Assembly (NCBI RefSeq): GCF_963967315.1
Contig: NZ_OZ017288.1
Location: 90,001-122,000 of the forward strand
Length of the DNA: 32,000 nt
DNA from: Candidatus Minimicrobia sp. QA0096
Lineage (GTDB): Bacteria > Patescibacteriota > Saccharimonadia > Saccharimonadales > Saccharimonadaceae
Direction of reading: 5' to 3'
Shown here: positions 10,458 to 18,937 of the stretch, piece after piece
Layout: each line of letters opens with the position of its first letter
Position numbering within the stretch: position 1 is the stretch's first letter
Position numbers and translations under genes: made by a program
Notes under the pieces: model-generated
What the model saw: the letters and a program-made list of their open reading frames with translations, nothing else
Database searches by the model: none
Told to the model about the DNA's origin: nothing

Positions 10458-10516
10458 TAAAAGAAAAGAGCTGACCTCATCTGTGCTCCTGGAGAGCACG
10501 ATATAGAATCAGCTCT
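10458..10516 (-). terminator. Intrinsic terminator of the helicase gene
   Basis: On the minus strand, the outer stem AGAGCUGA/UCAGCUCU and inner stem GUGCUC/GAGCAC are followed by UUUCUUUU. Confidence 0.6.
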
Positions 10517-10582
10517 ACCAACAAAAGCGTTTATTATAATAACACTAATTATAAAAAAATGCAACAATATACTAGAATATTT

Positions 10583-13500
10583 TTATATTTCGCCCGCCAG
10601 AAGGTCTTTTTCGAATTGCAACATTCCCTTATAATCCGCCGAATAGTCAGAAATATCCGGCAGATCTAACGTGGTGATTTTTTGCCAAATAATCTCAATC
10701 AGTTGCGTAAATTCAGTCAGTTCTTCTCTGGAGAATGTATCTTCCAAGCTAAGAATATCGCCGGTCTTCATGTCTGGCTCGACAAATTGCAATCGCCCGC
10801 CAGTAAACGTGAAATTGCCATAATCGCGTGAATGCTCGACCAGCAGCTGATAGAACATCAATTGCTGACGATATTTATGAAGTTTGATTTTCTCGTAATC
10901 GGCCGAACCTTTCCAGGAATGCGCCGGCTTGCCAGTTTTATAATCCGTTACGAAGATGGTTTTATTTTGCTTGTCGATGTCGACAACGTCAAGTTTACCG
11001 GTCAATCTGGCGTTATCTATAATTACGCCTTGGTTTGAAAAGTCTAATTCCGCCAAGTCCGTGTCATGAAAATCTGAAGATTTGGCGTTTAAGAATGCAG
11101 TCAAAGCCGACTTCCCTTTGTCTAAATACAATTGAAAATCGTCCGCTGGCAAATGCTGGCTCTCGAGGGATTTTTGGAAAAATTGGAGGATTTGTTCGGT
11201 GCTTGGCAATTGATGATCGGCGCTGAATGAGCAATGTGCTTGCTGAAGGCTGCTGTGAATCGCGGTTCCGTAAGCTGCGGCGGAATTTTTGGCGGATGGA
11301 AAATGCAGCAAATTGTTCAATAAGAAATTTTGCGGTCCGCCACGTGAAACGTCGAGGAAGTTGTTCAAATGCGTCGCAGAAAGTTTGTATGTTTCCAGCG
11401 CTGACGCCAATAAGTCCTTTAATTCCGGAACAATCGGCGAAGTTAGTCGCGTCGTCCAGTCGGTTTCAGCGAGTTTAATTTGTTCAGCTGGATCGTCGTT
11501 GGTTGGAATAACATTTGGTGTGCAATTCGTCAAGAAACTAGCGATTATCGTGTCGCTGCCAGAATCGTTGGTTTGAGAATAAGTCATGGTCAATGTGGTT
11601 TTGGCGCGAGTCATCGCCACAAAGAATAATCGAAGTCGTTCGTCGTAAGTGGCGCCCGCTGGCTGAAGTTGGAGATTTGCGGGATATCGTATAGCTCGAC
11701 TACGTGAACGAACTTTCTCACCCCAAGCGCTGTCAATTGCCCCAATTACAAAAACGTGCGGAAATTCCAGACCTTTGGATTTGTGTGCGGTCATTAAGTT
11801 TATGGCGCCGCTGAGTGAACTTGCGTGCGTGCGAATTTGTGTTAAGCGGGTTTTTGTTGAAATGTGCAAGTCAATAAACTCCAAAAAGTCTTCCAGAGTT
11901 GGATTTTTGTCGGTGATTCGGTCGCGAAGTTTTTGGCGTAAAGTGCGCAAACTTTCCAGAATTGTCAGATATGCTTCTGGGTTTTTATCTAGCTTTTCTG
12001 GCGAGAAATAGAAATTGGCGAGAGAATTAACCTGAAGGTTGCCGCTCTCGTCATTAGTTAAGCCTAATAAATTGTCCAATTGCTCTTCCAGCGGCAAATT
12101 CGGCACGTCCTTAGCGCGCTCCAAAAGCCACTCCGCAAATTCCTTAAATACGCTATTCGCCAGCATACTTTCCAGCCACAATTGCCGATTTTTGTAAGCT
12201 TGAAGACTCAATTTCCAGATGTCAAGTGCAGAAAATCCAAACGCTGGATGAGCCGTAATTTCCGGTAGTAGACTATTGGCAACGTCCAAATTATTCTGGC
12301 TAATCGCCACGACAGTTCGCGCTAATTTGTCCAGAATCTGAATTATATCTTGCTCCAGAATGTCGTCGTGACGCTCGTAATTGACAAAAAGATTTTCCTT
12401 ATAAAGATGCGGAAGAATTTCAATGAGTTCTTTGTGGTGGCGCGCAATAATCGTTATGTTTTCTGGTTTCTCGCCATTTTTTATCAGCTCGGCAATTTGT
12501 TTGGCGATTCCCGCTCGCTCTTCGCTAACGGATGAGAATTCTTGGATTTCTACTTTTGAGCCTTCGCTATTTGCGTGCGCGGTCAATTGTTTTGATAGTC
12601 CGTCAATTGTGTTTTCCAATCGATCCGCGCCTTGAGTGATGACGTCCCGCGCTGAGGATAAAATGTTCTCGGCAGAACGATAATTGTCGGTCAGAACGAT
12701 AATTTTTGGGTCGTGATAATGTTGGCGGAAACGCTGGATGTTGCCCACGTCTGCGCCTTGGAAGCTGAAGATTGCTTGGTCGTCATCACCAACCGCCATG
12801 ATGTTTGGATTATCGTCGTTCTCGCTGGTCAAATTGAACAATAATCGTAATTGCGCCAAGTTCGTATCCTGGAATTCGTCGACCATAATGAATTGGAATT
12901 GCTCCTGAAGATTTGCGCGCAGTTCTGGGTGAGATTCGCAGGCTTGAATAACGGATAAAATCATGTCGTCGTAGTCAAATAACGAACGCTCGGACAGAAT
13001 ATTTACGTATTTTTCGTAAACGTCAATTGCGGCAGATAATTTTTCTGCGGCGGTAAAATCTTTCAGGACAAATTCGCCATTGGCATTTTTTTCGCACCAT
13101 TTATTTTTCCAAGCAGTCAGTGGTTTTGTTGAGTTTTCATCAATCGCTTCCTGGGCGGCGTGCGCAATGCTCAGTGCTAAAACGTTGGCATATGGCGTGA
13201 TTGAGGCTGGCAATTTTGAGTTTTTCTCGTCAGGGTTTTTGGCGGCTAAATTGGCAATTTTCTCAGCTATCGGCGCAAACATTTCAATTGTCTTTTTCGA
13301 TATTTTGGCGGAAAATACTTGCTGAATGTCTGGTGCAATTTCGGCGATTGTGCTTTGATTGTCCTCAATAATTGCCCGTAATTCTGACGACGTTAAGCCG
13401 CTTTGCTTGAACTCGGAAATAATGCGAATGAGGTCTTTGATGTAAACAAATTCCCCGTTATTTTTCGCGCTTAATGGATTCCGCCAATCGAGATCTTCAA

Positions 13501-13879
13501 GTATGCCAGAAATGATTTGATATTGTGTCAATTCGTCAACTGGCTGAGCGTCGGCGCCACGGAAAAAATACTCGCGATGTTGATTGATGATTTCTGTGCC
13601 GAAGCTGTGGAACGTGTGAATCGCAATTTTATACGCGTCCTCACCGATAATCTGACGAAGTCGTTGGCGCATATTTGTGGCGCCGCTTTCAGTAAACGTC
13701 AAGCATAAAATACTGTTCGGTAAAGTGTCGGTCTGTTTCAGGATTTGGGCGGTGCGCATACTCAGAAGCTCGGTTTTCCCTGTTCCTGGCCCAGCAATTA
13801 CCAAAAGCGATCCGTGGATGTAGTCGACTGCTTGTCGTTGATTATCGTTTAATTTAGCGTAACGAGTATTGAAATCCAT
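10583..13879 (-). CDS. UvrD/PcrA-family helicase fused to a C-terminal PD-(D/E)xK (RecB-type) nuclease (AddA/AdnB-like)
   Basis: 1098 aa. Walker A AGPGTGKT, motif II DEFQDT, and C-terminal LDVVDID...VTDYKTGK nuclease motif. Confidence 0.85.
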   Translation of the reverse strand: MDFNTRYAKLNDNQRQAVDYIHGSLLVIAGPGTGKTELLSMRTAQILKQTDTLPNSILCLTFTESGATNMRQRLRQIIGEDAYKIAIHTFHSFGTEIINQHREYFFRGADAQPVDELTQYQIISGILEDLDWRNPLSAKNNGEFVYIKDLIRIISEFKQSGLTSSELRAIIEDNQSTIAEIAPDIQQVFSAKISKKTIEMFAPIAEKIANLAAKNPDEKNSKLPASITPYANVLALSIAHAAQEAIDENSTKPLTAWKNKWCEKNANGEFVLKDFTAAEKLSAAIDVYEKYVNILSERSLFDYDDMILSVIQACESHPELRANLQEQFQFIMVDEFQDTNLAQLRLLFNLTSENDDNPNIMAVGDDDQAIFSFQGADVGNIQRFRQHYHDPKIIVLTDNYRSAENILSSARDVITQGADRLENTIDGLSKQLTAHANSEGSKVEIQEFSSVSEERAGIAKQIAELIKNGEKPENITIIARHHKELIEILPHLYKENLFVNYERHDDILEQDIIQILDKLARTVVAISQNNLDVANSLLPEITAHPAFGFSALDIWKLSLQAYKNRQLWLESMLANSVFKEFAEWLLERAKDVPNLPLEEQLDNLLGLTNDESGNLQVNSLANFYFSPEKLDKNPEAYLTILESLRTLRQKLRDRITDKNPTLEDFLEFIDLHISTKTRLTQIRTHASSLSGAINLMTAHKSKGLEFPHVFVIGAIDSAWGEKVRSRSRAIRYPANLQLQPAGATYDERLRLFFVAMTRAKTTLTMTYSQTNDSGSDTIIASFLTNCTPNVIPTNDDPAEQIKLAETDWTTRLTSPIVPELKDLLASALETYKLSATHLNNFLDVSRGGPQNFLLNNLLHFPSAKNSAAAYGTAIHSSLQQAHCSFSADHQLPSTEQILQFFQKSLESQHLPADDFQLYLDKGKSALTAFLNAKSSDFHDTDLAELDFSNQGVIIDNARLTGKLDVVDIDKQNKTIFVTDYKTGKPAHSWKGSADYEKIKLHKYRQQLMFYQLLVEHSRDYGNFTFTGGRLQFVEPDMKTGDILSLEDTFSREELTEFTQLIEIIWQKITTLDLPDISDYSADYKGMLQFEKDLLAGEI

Positions 13880-13978
13880 AGTTTTATTTTACCATGTCGG
13901 CGGTCTTCAGAACGCGATATCAAAATTGCTATTTACAGAATTTATCTAGGGCTATATATTTAGCATAAGGAGGATTAA

Positions 13979-14296
13979 ATGAAAAACTTAAAGAAGATAA
14001 AATTTAGTCATATATATATGTTTGTGCTGACGATTGCGTTGATTTTTCTGAGTTATCAAGTCTCCTGGCTGAATGAAAAACAATATCGAAGATCAGTCCA
14101 GTCTTCCATCGATTATCTTGAAAACGCCCAAAGCATTAAGCGACTTGAGTTTTGTGTTAATCACGCCATTAAAGATTGTACTGAAGAAAATGTCGATGAT
14201 TGGAATGAAAAACATCCAGAAGATGCGTTTAAGGGTAAAAGCCACTTGGATATTTCCCGTCAAGCAATTGAAGCGGTCAGGCAAGTTGACTATTAG
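13979..14296 (+). CDS. Hypothetical membrane-anchored protein
   Basis: 105 aa. AAGGAGG SD upstream. One N-terminal hydrophobic helix (FVLTIALIFLSY). Confidence 0.6.
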   Translation: MKNLKKIKFSHIYMFVLTIALIFLSYQVSWLNEKQYRRSVQSSIDYLENAQSIKRLEFCVNHAIKDCTEENVDDWNEKHPEDAFKGKSHLDISRQAIEAVRQVDY

Positions 14297-14351
14297 ATTT
14301 CACATCTTCGTCATCTCGCGTACCTCATAAAAAAATGGTAAAATATTATCT

Positions 14352-14840
14352 ATGAATAAGGCGACGTACGACGAGCTGGCGCTGGAGCGAATTGCTAAGG
14401 AAAAATTTGGTTTTCCAATTGATGTTCAATCAATAATTTTGTGGCACGCCGATGTTAGTCGCACGGCTAAGGCGTCGGTGTTTTTGACGAATAAAAAGCA
14501 GCTGATGTTGTATTTGGAGGCGACTTCGCCGTTGATTTTGTCTGACGTTAAAAAGATAATTTCTCGAATGGGCATGCGTGCGGAATTATTTATTCCGCCA
14601 AAAGGTCAGCCGCGATATTTTGAAGACATTGGCAAGCGTAAATTCCGCGAAGTTTTTCCTGGAAGAAAGCACGTTACGGATGAAGATTTGCATTTTTATA
14701 AAACTTTGGCGCCGTATAATCCCGCCTTGGTTTTGATTTCTGAAGTGAAAAATGGCGAGATATATCAATTTGATTCTGACGCGTACGGAAATTGGCGAGT
14801 TGGCGCAAGGTTCAGGTATAGAAGGATTCAAACGAGCTAA
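14352..14840 (+). CDS. Hypothetical protein, translationally coupled to the P-type ATPase
   Basis: 162 aa. TGGTAAAAT box lies 7 nt upstream of the ATG. Its stop overlaps the ATPase start (TAATG). Confidence 0.65.
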   Translation: MNKATYDELALERIAKEKFGFPIDVQSIILWHADVSRTAKASVFLTNKKQLMLYLEATSPLILSDVKKIISRMGMRAELFIPPKGQPRYFEDIGKRKFREVFPGRKHVTDEDLHFYKTLAPYNPALVLISEVKNGEIYQFDSDAYGNWRVGARFRYRRIQTS

Positions 14841-17152
14841 TGCGCGACTACCTGGACATTATTAAGCGGAACCTACTTTCCCCTATCGTCGTGGTGATTT
14901 TTCTGCTGGCTGGCGCGCTGGTTTATGTTCGCGAATATCGTGATGCGTGGTTCATTTCCGTGGTGATTGTCGTGAATTCGACGATTGGCATTATTCAGGA
15001 GCTGAGAGCTAAGCGAGTTTTGCGGCAATTGGAGTTGATGAGCGCGCCGAAAGCTCGATTGTTAAAAGACGGAAATGTTGTCGAGGTTGGCTATGACGAG
15101 CTTAAAATTGGCGATGAAATTCTTATTCAGGCTGGCGACGAACTACCGGCGGACGCGAAAGTTATCGAGTCGAAAGGCTTGGAGCTGAATGAAAGCATGT
15201 TGACTGGCGAGTCTGCGTCGATTGAGAAAAAGGACGGCGATGTCGTGTTGGCGGCGACGACGGTTTTGGCTGGTGAAGGTGCGGCGCGAGTAATTGCGAT
15301 TGGTGACGACACGAAAGCTGGCGCGATTAGCCAAGTTTTGAAGCGTTATAAGCCAGAGCTTACGCCTCTGCAATTGGCGATTTGGCGCGCAATTTATTTC
15401 TTGACTTACGGCGCAATTGTCCTGTCGCTACTTATCGCTATCGTCTATTATTTCTCTGGCGATAATGTCGTCGTCATCTTAAAAACCATCACTTCGGCGG
15501 CGGTTACGGTTGTGCCGGAAGGTTTATTGTTGGCGAGTTCTCTGCTTTTGGCGTTCGGCTCATTGCGATTGGCTCAGGCGAAAGTCTTGCCGCAAAAATT
15601 GTCAGCAATTGAAGCCATGGCGCTTTTGAATTTGCTGGCTGTAGATAAAACAGGCACCTTAACTAGTGATGAAGTGACGCTTGAAAAAGTCGTGGCTTTT
15701 GGTGATGAAAATGACTATTCAGACTCTGACATTGCCAGTTTTGCGGCGTTAATTGCTCATGAAACCAGCGGTGGAAATATCACTGGCCGCGCAATTTTGG
15801 CGGAAGCTACGTCGCCAAAAAATACGAAAGTTTTGGAAGTGATGGCGTTTTCATCGGCGCGTAAAATGGCTGGCGTGAGGGCGAATATTGACGGTGAAAT
15901 TCGGACGTTAATGATGGGCGCGCCAGAGTTTGTGTCGAAGTTGGCGCCGGTAGATGAGGAGACCCAGAAGAATCTGAATGATTGGGCTGACAATGGCTTG
16001 CGCGTGTTGATGTTGGCTGAATTTTCGGATGATAAAACCAAATTGAAAGACTTGAAAAACGGTTCTGGAACGGCAATTGGTGCGGTTGTTCTGCGCAACT
16101 CCCTGCGTCATGGCGTTGTTGAAACGGTGGATTTTTTGCAGCGCCAAGGCGTAACTATTCGCGTAATCTCTGGCGATAACCCGCGCACAGTTCAATACAT
16201 CGCTAAGGAAGCTGGGATTAAACATCCAGAAAAGGCAATTTTAGGTGAGGATTTGGCGGCGCTTAGCGAAGATGAATTTAATAAGGCTGCCGATACTTAC
16301 ACGATTTTTGCTAGAGTTTTGCCAGACCAAAAAGAGCGCTTGATCAATCGATTTCAGCAATCTGGCAAGTTCACTGGTATGGTCGGCGACGGCGTGAATG
16401 ACGCTCTGGCTCTGAAAAGGGCTGATCTCGGTGTGGCGATGTACGCTGGTGCGCCGGCTTCTCGTCGAGTTTCCGACATTATATTGCTCAACAATTCGTT
16501 CACTTCTCTGCCGATGGGAATGAAGCTTGGCAATCAAATCATGCAGGCAATCGAAGTCATCGCTGTTCTATTTTTCCATAAAATTATTTACGGCGTGACG
16601 CTTCTTCTTGTGACGATTCTTATTGACATGAACTATCCGTATTCGCCGCGCCACATTACGTTTATGAATATCTTTCTGGTGACGATGCCGACCCTCATGT
16701 GGACGCTGTTTCCTCCCACGCCGAAGCATCGAATAAATCCGAAGCGATTTTGGCACGACACTTTGCTGGCGGTATTGCCGATTGCTTTAATTACTGGCGT
16801 GACTGTCGCGTTCACCTATTGGATTACCTCTGTTATGTTCCCTGGTCACGCTGCAGAAGTCGCAACGATGACCGTACTTACCGCGACTTTGTTTGGTGTA
16901 TATTTGGTATTCTTAGTGGGAATTATGCTGGACGTAGCTATCGATAAATCCGCCAAGCGCGCTCGCTTGCTTTATCTTCTGTCGGTAATTATTGTGGCGG
17001 CTGGAAGCTTTAGCTTTGGTTTTCTGCGCGACTTTTTCGATTTCACCGTGCCAAATTTGTTCATAATGTGGCCAGCAGCTGGCGCAATTGTCGTAGCGAT
17101 GTTAGTCCAGCTATTCATTGCTCGCTGGGCTGGTCGGCGAATTGTTCGGTAG
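14840..17152 (+). CDS. P-type cation-transporting ATPase (P2-like)
   Basis: 770 aa. Motifs TGES, PEGL, DKTGTLT and GDGVNDA, with about 8-10 TM helices. Confidence 0.9.
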   Translation: MRDYLDIIKRNLLSPIVVVIFLLAGALVYVREYRDAWFISVVIVVNSTIGIIQELRAKRVLRQLELMSAPKARLLKDGNVVEVGYDELKIGDEILIQAGDELPADAKVIESKGLELNESMLTGESASIEKKDGDVVLAATTVLAGEGAARVIAIGDDTKAGAISQVLKRYKPELTPLQLAIWRAIYFLTYGAIVLSLLIAIVYYFSGDNVVVILKTITSAAVTVVPEGLLLASSLLLAFGSLRLAQAKVLPQKLSAIEAMALLNLLAVDKTGTLTSDEVTLEKVVAFGDENDYSDSDIASFAALIAHETSGGNITGRAILAEATSPKNTKVLEVMAFSSARKMAGVRANIDGEIRTLMMGAPEFVSKLAPVDEETQKNLNDWADNGLRVLMLAEFSDDKTKLKDLKNGSGTAIGAVVLRNSLRHGVVETVDFLQRQGVTIRVISGDNPRTVQYIAKEAGIKHPEKAILGEDLAALSEDEFNKAADTYTIFARVLPDQKERLINRFQQSGKFTGMVGDGVNDALALKRADLGVAMYAGAPASRRVSDIILLNNSFTSLPMGMKLGNQIMQAIEVIAVLFFHKIIYGVTLLLVTILIDMNYPYSPRHITFMNIFLVTMPTLMWTLFPPTPKHRINPKRFWHDTLLAVLPIALITGVTVAFTYWITSVMFPGHAAEVATMTVLTATLFGVYLVFLVGIMLDVAIDKSAKRARLLYLLSVIIVAAGSFSFGFLRDFFDFTVPNLFIMWPAAGAIVVAMLVQLFIARWAGRRIVR

Positions 17153-17160
17153 GAACTTGT

Positions 17161-17316
17161 CTATCTATCCAGTAATTTGCCAAAAACGAGATATCCTATA
17201 GTCCAGAAAACGCAACCGCATAGTAAAAATATTCCGAATACTTTCAAATAATCTGCGAACGAGCTTAACTCGTACCAGCCGCTTATTAATAAACAAGGAA
17301 AAATTGTTAATATCAT
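17161..17316 (-). CDS. Small hydrophobic ORF (51 aa), or the remnant of a longer membrane protein
   Basis: MILTIFPCLLISGWYELSSFADYLKVFGIFLLCGCVFWTIGYLVFGKLLDR. It falls below the ORF-track size cutoff. The frame stays open upstream to 17430 with no start codon. Confidence 0.25.
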   Translation of the reverse strand: MILTIFPCLLISGWYELSSFADYLKVFGIFLLCGCVFWTIGYLVFGKLLDR

Positions 17317-17399
17317 GACGATAAAATGTATGGCGGATTGTTTAAGTAATGACCATTTTTCAATGTCGTATATTACAGATGCGGCTGCGACTATGTAGA

Positions 17400-18713
17400 T
17401 TACGCTTTCTTGTCCAAAACCACAAGGTGCTCAATGTGCGGCGTTCTCGGGAAGAAATTGTAGCCTTGATGATGCGCGATTTCGTATTTTTCCTGAAGCA
17501 GGCTGACGTCTCGCGCTTGCGTGACTGGATTACAGCTCAGATAAATAATCCTAGGCGGCTCAGTTTCCAGCAGTCGATTAGTAACATCCGCGTGAAGTCC
17601 AGCGCGCGGCGGATCAACGATGACAATTTGTTCGCCCGTTATATATTCCAGAGATTTTTCGCTCGGCGCCAAAATCGCCTTGGCATTCGGTCGATTCAGC
17701 TTGGTGATATTCCTCTGCATTTCCGCGACGGCATGTTCGTTAATCTCCACCAGCGTCACGTCATCGCCTCCAATTGTCAAACCAATTGTTCCAACTCCAG
17801 AATAAAGGTCAAGGGTCGGCATTTTTTCACTGCAATCGATCCACGCTTTCATGTCGCTTAAAGCTTTTTCGTAAACGGGAATGTTGACTTGGAAAAATCC
17901 TTCGCAAGCGTAGTTGAAGGCGACGCCTAAAATCGTGTCGCTCAGTGTTGTGTCACCGAGTTTGTTCAAACGTTCGGTGATTCTACTGGCTGGGCTTTTG
18001 GGGTCGGAATAGATTATTTCGCCACCTTTGGCTGATAATAATTTGGCTTCATCGTCGGAAATCAGATTTTCTATCTTATCTTTTACGTACAATTGCCAGA
18101 CAGCGTTTCCCTGTTGATCTGAGCGAATCAAGAGTGTTTTTAATTGGCGAGCGACAATCGGCTTTTCTAGTAATAGGTTGCGGATTTCAATTGCCAATTT
18201 ATTTATGCTCGGATGTGCCAAGCTGGTTCCGTCAACGATGACCTTCCCTTTGCCGCCACGCTTGAAAAACGCCAAGTCTAAAGTTTCCTTTTCGTCGTCG
18301 TCCGTTTTGTCGCCAAACCAACTGAACTCGACTTTGTTGCGATAATTAAATTCCACGCCGTCGGAAAATACCTTGATTTTTTCAGGCAATGTGATGTTGT
18401 GAAGTAAAAAAGCCTCTTCGATTAGCGACGCTTTGTGTGATTGCTCGCTGGACATCGGCATTATTTGCCAAGGACTGGTGCTTAAATAGCTATTTTCATC
18501 CTTCGGTGTAATTCGCTCTGGGCTTTCCTCGATAATTTCCGCCACTATTCCTTCGACGAAGTGTGATTTTTTCTTTGTCACGCGAATCGTTACTAATTCA
18601 CCAGGCAGCCCTCCCCAGACGAATGCTTTGCGGCCGTCGTCAAGTGTCCCGATGGCTTGCCCGCCGCCAACGATTTTTTCCAATCTTAAAGTCTCAAAAA
18701 TTTGTTTTCTCAT
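17400..18713 (-). CDS. 23S rRNA (uracil-5)-methyltransferase, RumA/RlmD family
   Basis: 437 aa. N-terminal TRAM-like region, SAM motif LDLYSGVGTIG, and catalytic Cys in YLSCNP. Confidence 0.85.
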   Translation of the reverse strand: MRKQIFETLRLEKIVGGGQAIGTLDDGRKAFVWGGLPGELVTIRVTKKKSHFVEGIVAEIIEESPERITPKDENSYLSTSPWQIMPMSSEQSHKASLIEEAFLLHNITLPEKIKVFSDGVEFNYRNKVEFSWFGDKTDDDEKETLDLAFFKRGGKGKVIVDGTSLAHPSINKLAIEIRNLLLEKPIVARQLKTLLIRSDQQGNAVWQLYVKDKIENLISDDEAKLLSAKGGEIIYSDPKSPASRITERLNKLGDTTLSDTILGVAFNYACEGFFQVNIPVYEKALSDMKAWIDCSEKMPTLDLYSGVGTIGLTIGGDDVTLVEINEHAVAEMQRNITKLNRPNAKAILAPSEKSLEYITGEQIVIVDPPRAGLHADVTNRLLETEPPRIIYLSCNPVTQARDVSLLQEKYEIAHHQGYNFFPRTPHIEHLVVLDKKA

Positions 18714-18757
18714 TAGGTTATATTATATCAGGATGTGTGGATTTTTTCTGTCTGGCG

Positions 18758-18766
18758 TGCTATAAT
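18758..18766 (+). promoter_or_regulatory. Extended -10 promoter (TGCTATAAT) for tRNA-Gln
   Basis: TG at 18758-18759 and TATAAT at 18761-18766, 20 nt upstream of the tRNA 5' end. Confidence 0.45.
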
Positions 18767-18786
18767 CGTCATTGTCCTGGCAATAG

Positions 18787-18861
18787 TGGGACGTCGCCAA
18801 GTGGTAAGGCACTGGGTTTTGGTCCCAGCATTCGCAGGTTCGAATCCTGCCGTCCCAGCCA
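18787..18861 (+). tRNA. tRNA-Gln (anticodon UUG), CCA encoded
   Basis: Cloverleaf folded by hand. Acceptor UGGGACG/CGUCCCA, D-stem GCC/GGC, anticodon stem CUGGG/CCCAG with loop UUUUGGU (UUG at 18819-18821), T-arm GCAGG-UUCGAAU-CCUGC, then G-CCA. Confidence 0.93.
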
Positions 18862-18937
18862 AATTTGAACAGACATAAACAGTCGCTCTTTTGGGCGATT
18901 TTTTGTTTTTATATTAAATTTCAGAAACAGAGTGGTG

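Noticed and set aside
9925-10460. I tried to assign the GC-rich region to RNase P RNA, SRP RNA or 6S RNA.
   Set aside because: I found no GGAAAGUCC / ACAGAACCCGGCUUA P4 pair. Only a loose CAGAACCGCUUGA is present. I found no GGAAGCAGCC-type SRP helix-8 motif in the right context, and 6S has no sequence signature I can check by eye. The region is left unassigned pending covariance-model searches.
9830-10506. Plus-strand ORFs 9830-10018, 9984-10217, 10255-10506 and 10280-10474.
   Set aside because: They have no SD or promoter, their sequences are low-complexity (Ala/Ser/Leu/Arg-rich), they overlap each other, and they run antisense to a T-arm-containing structured RNA. This pattern is typical of spurious ORFs in GC-rich segments.
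10467-10516. On the minus strand, GAGCUGAUUCU resembles the canonical tmRNA 5' end (GGGGCUGAUUCU...).
   Set aside because: It pairs locally with UCAGCUC 35 nt downstream and is followed by a U-tract. It therefore behaves as the helicase terminator, and it is not complementary to the acceptor 3' strand CAUGUCC.
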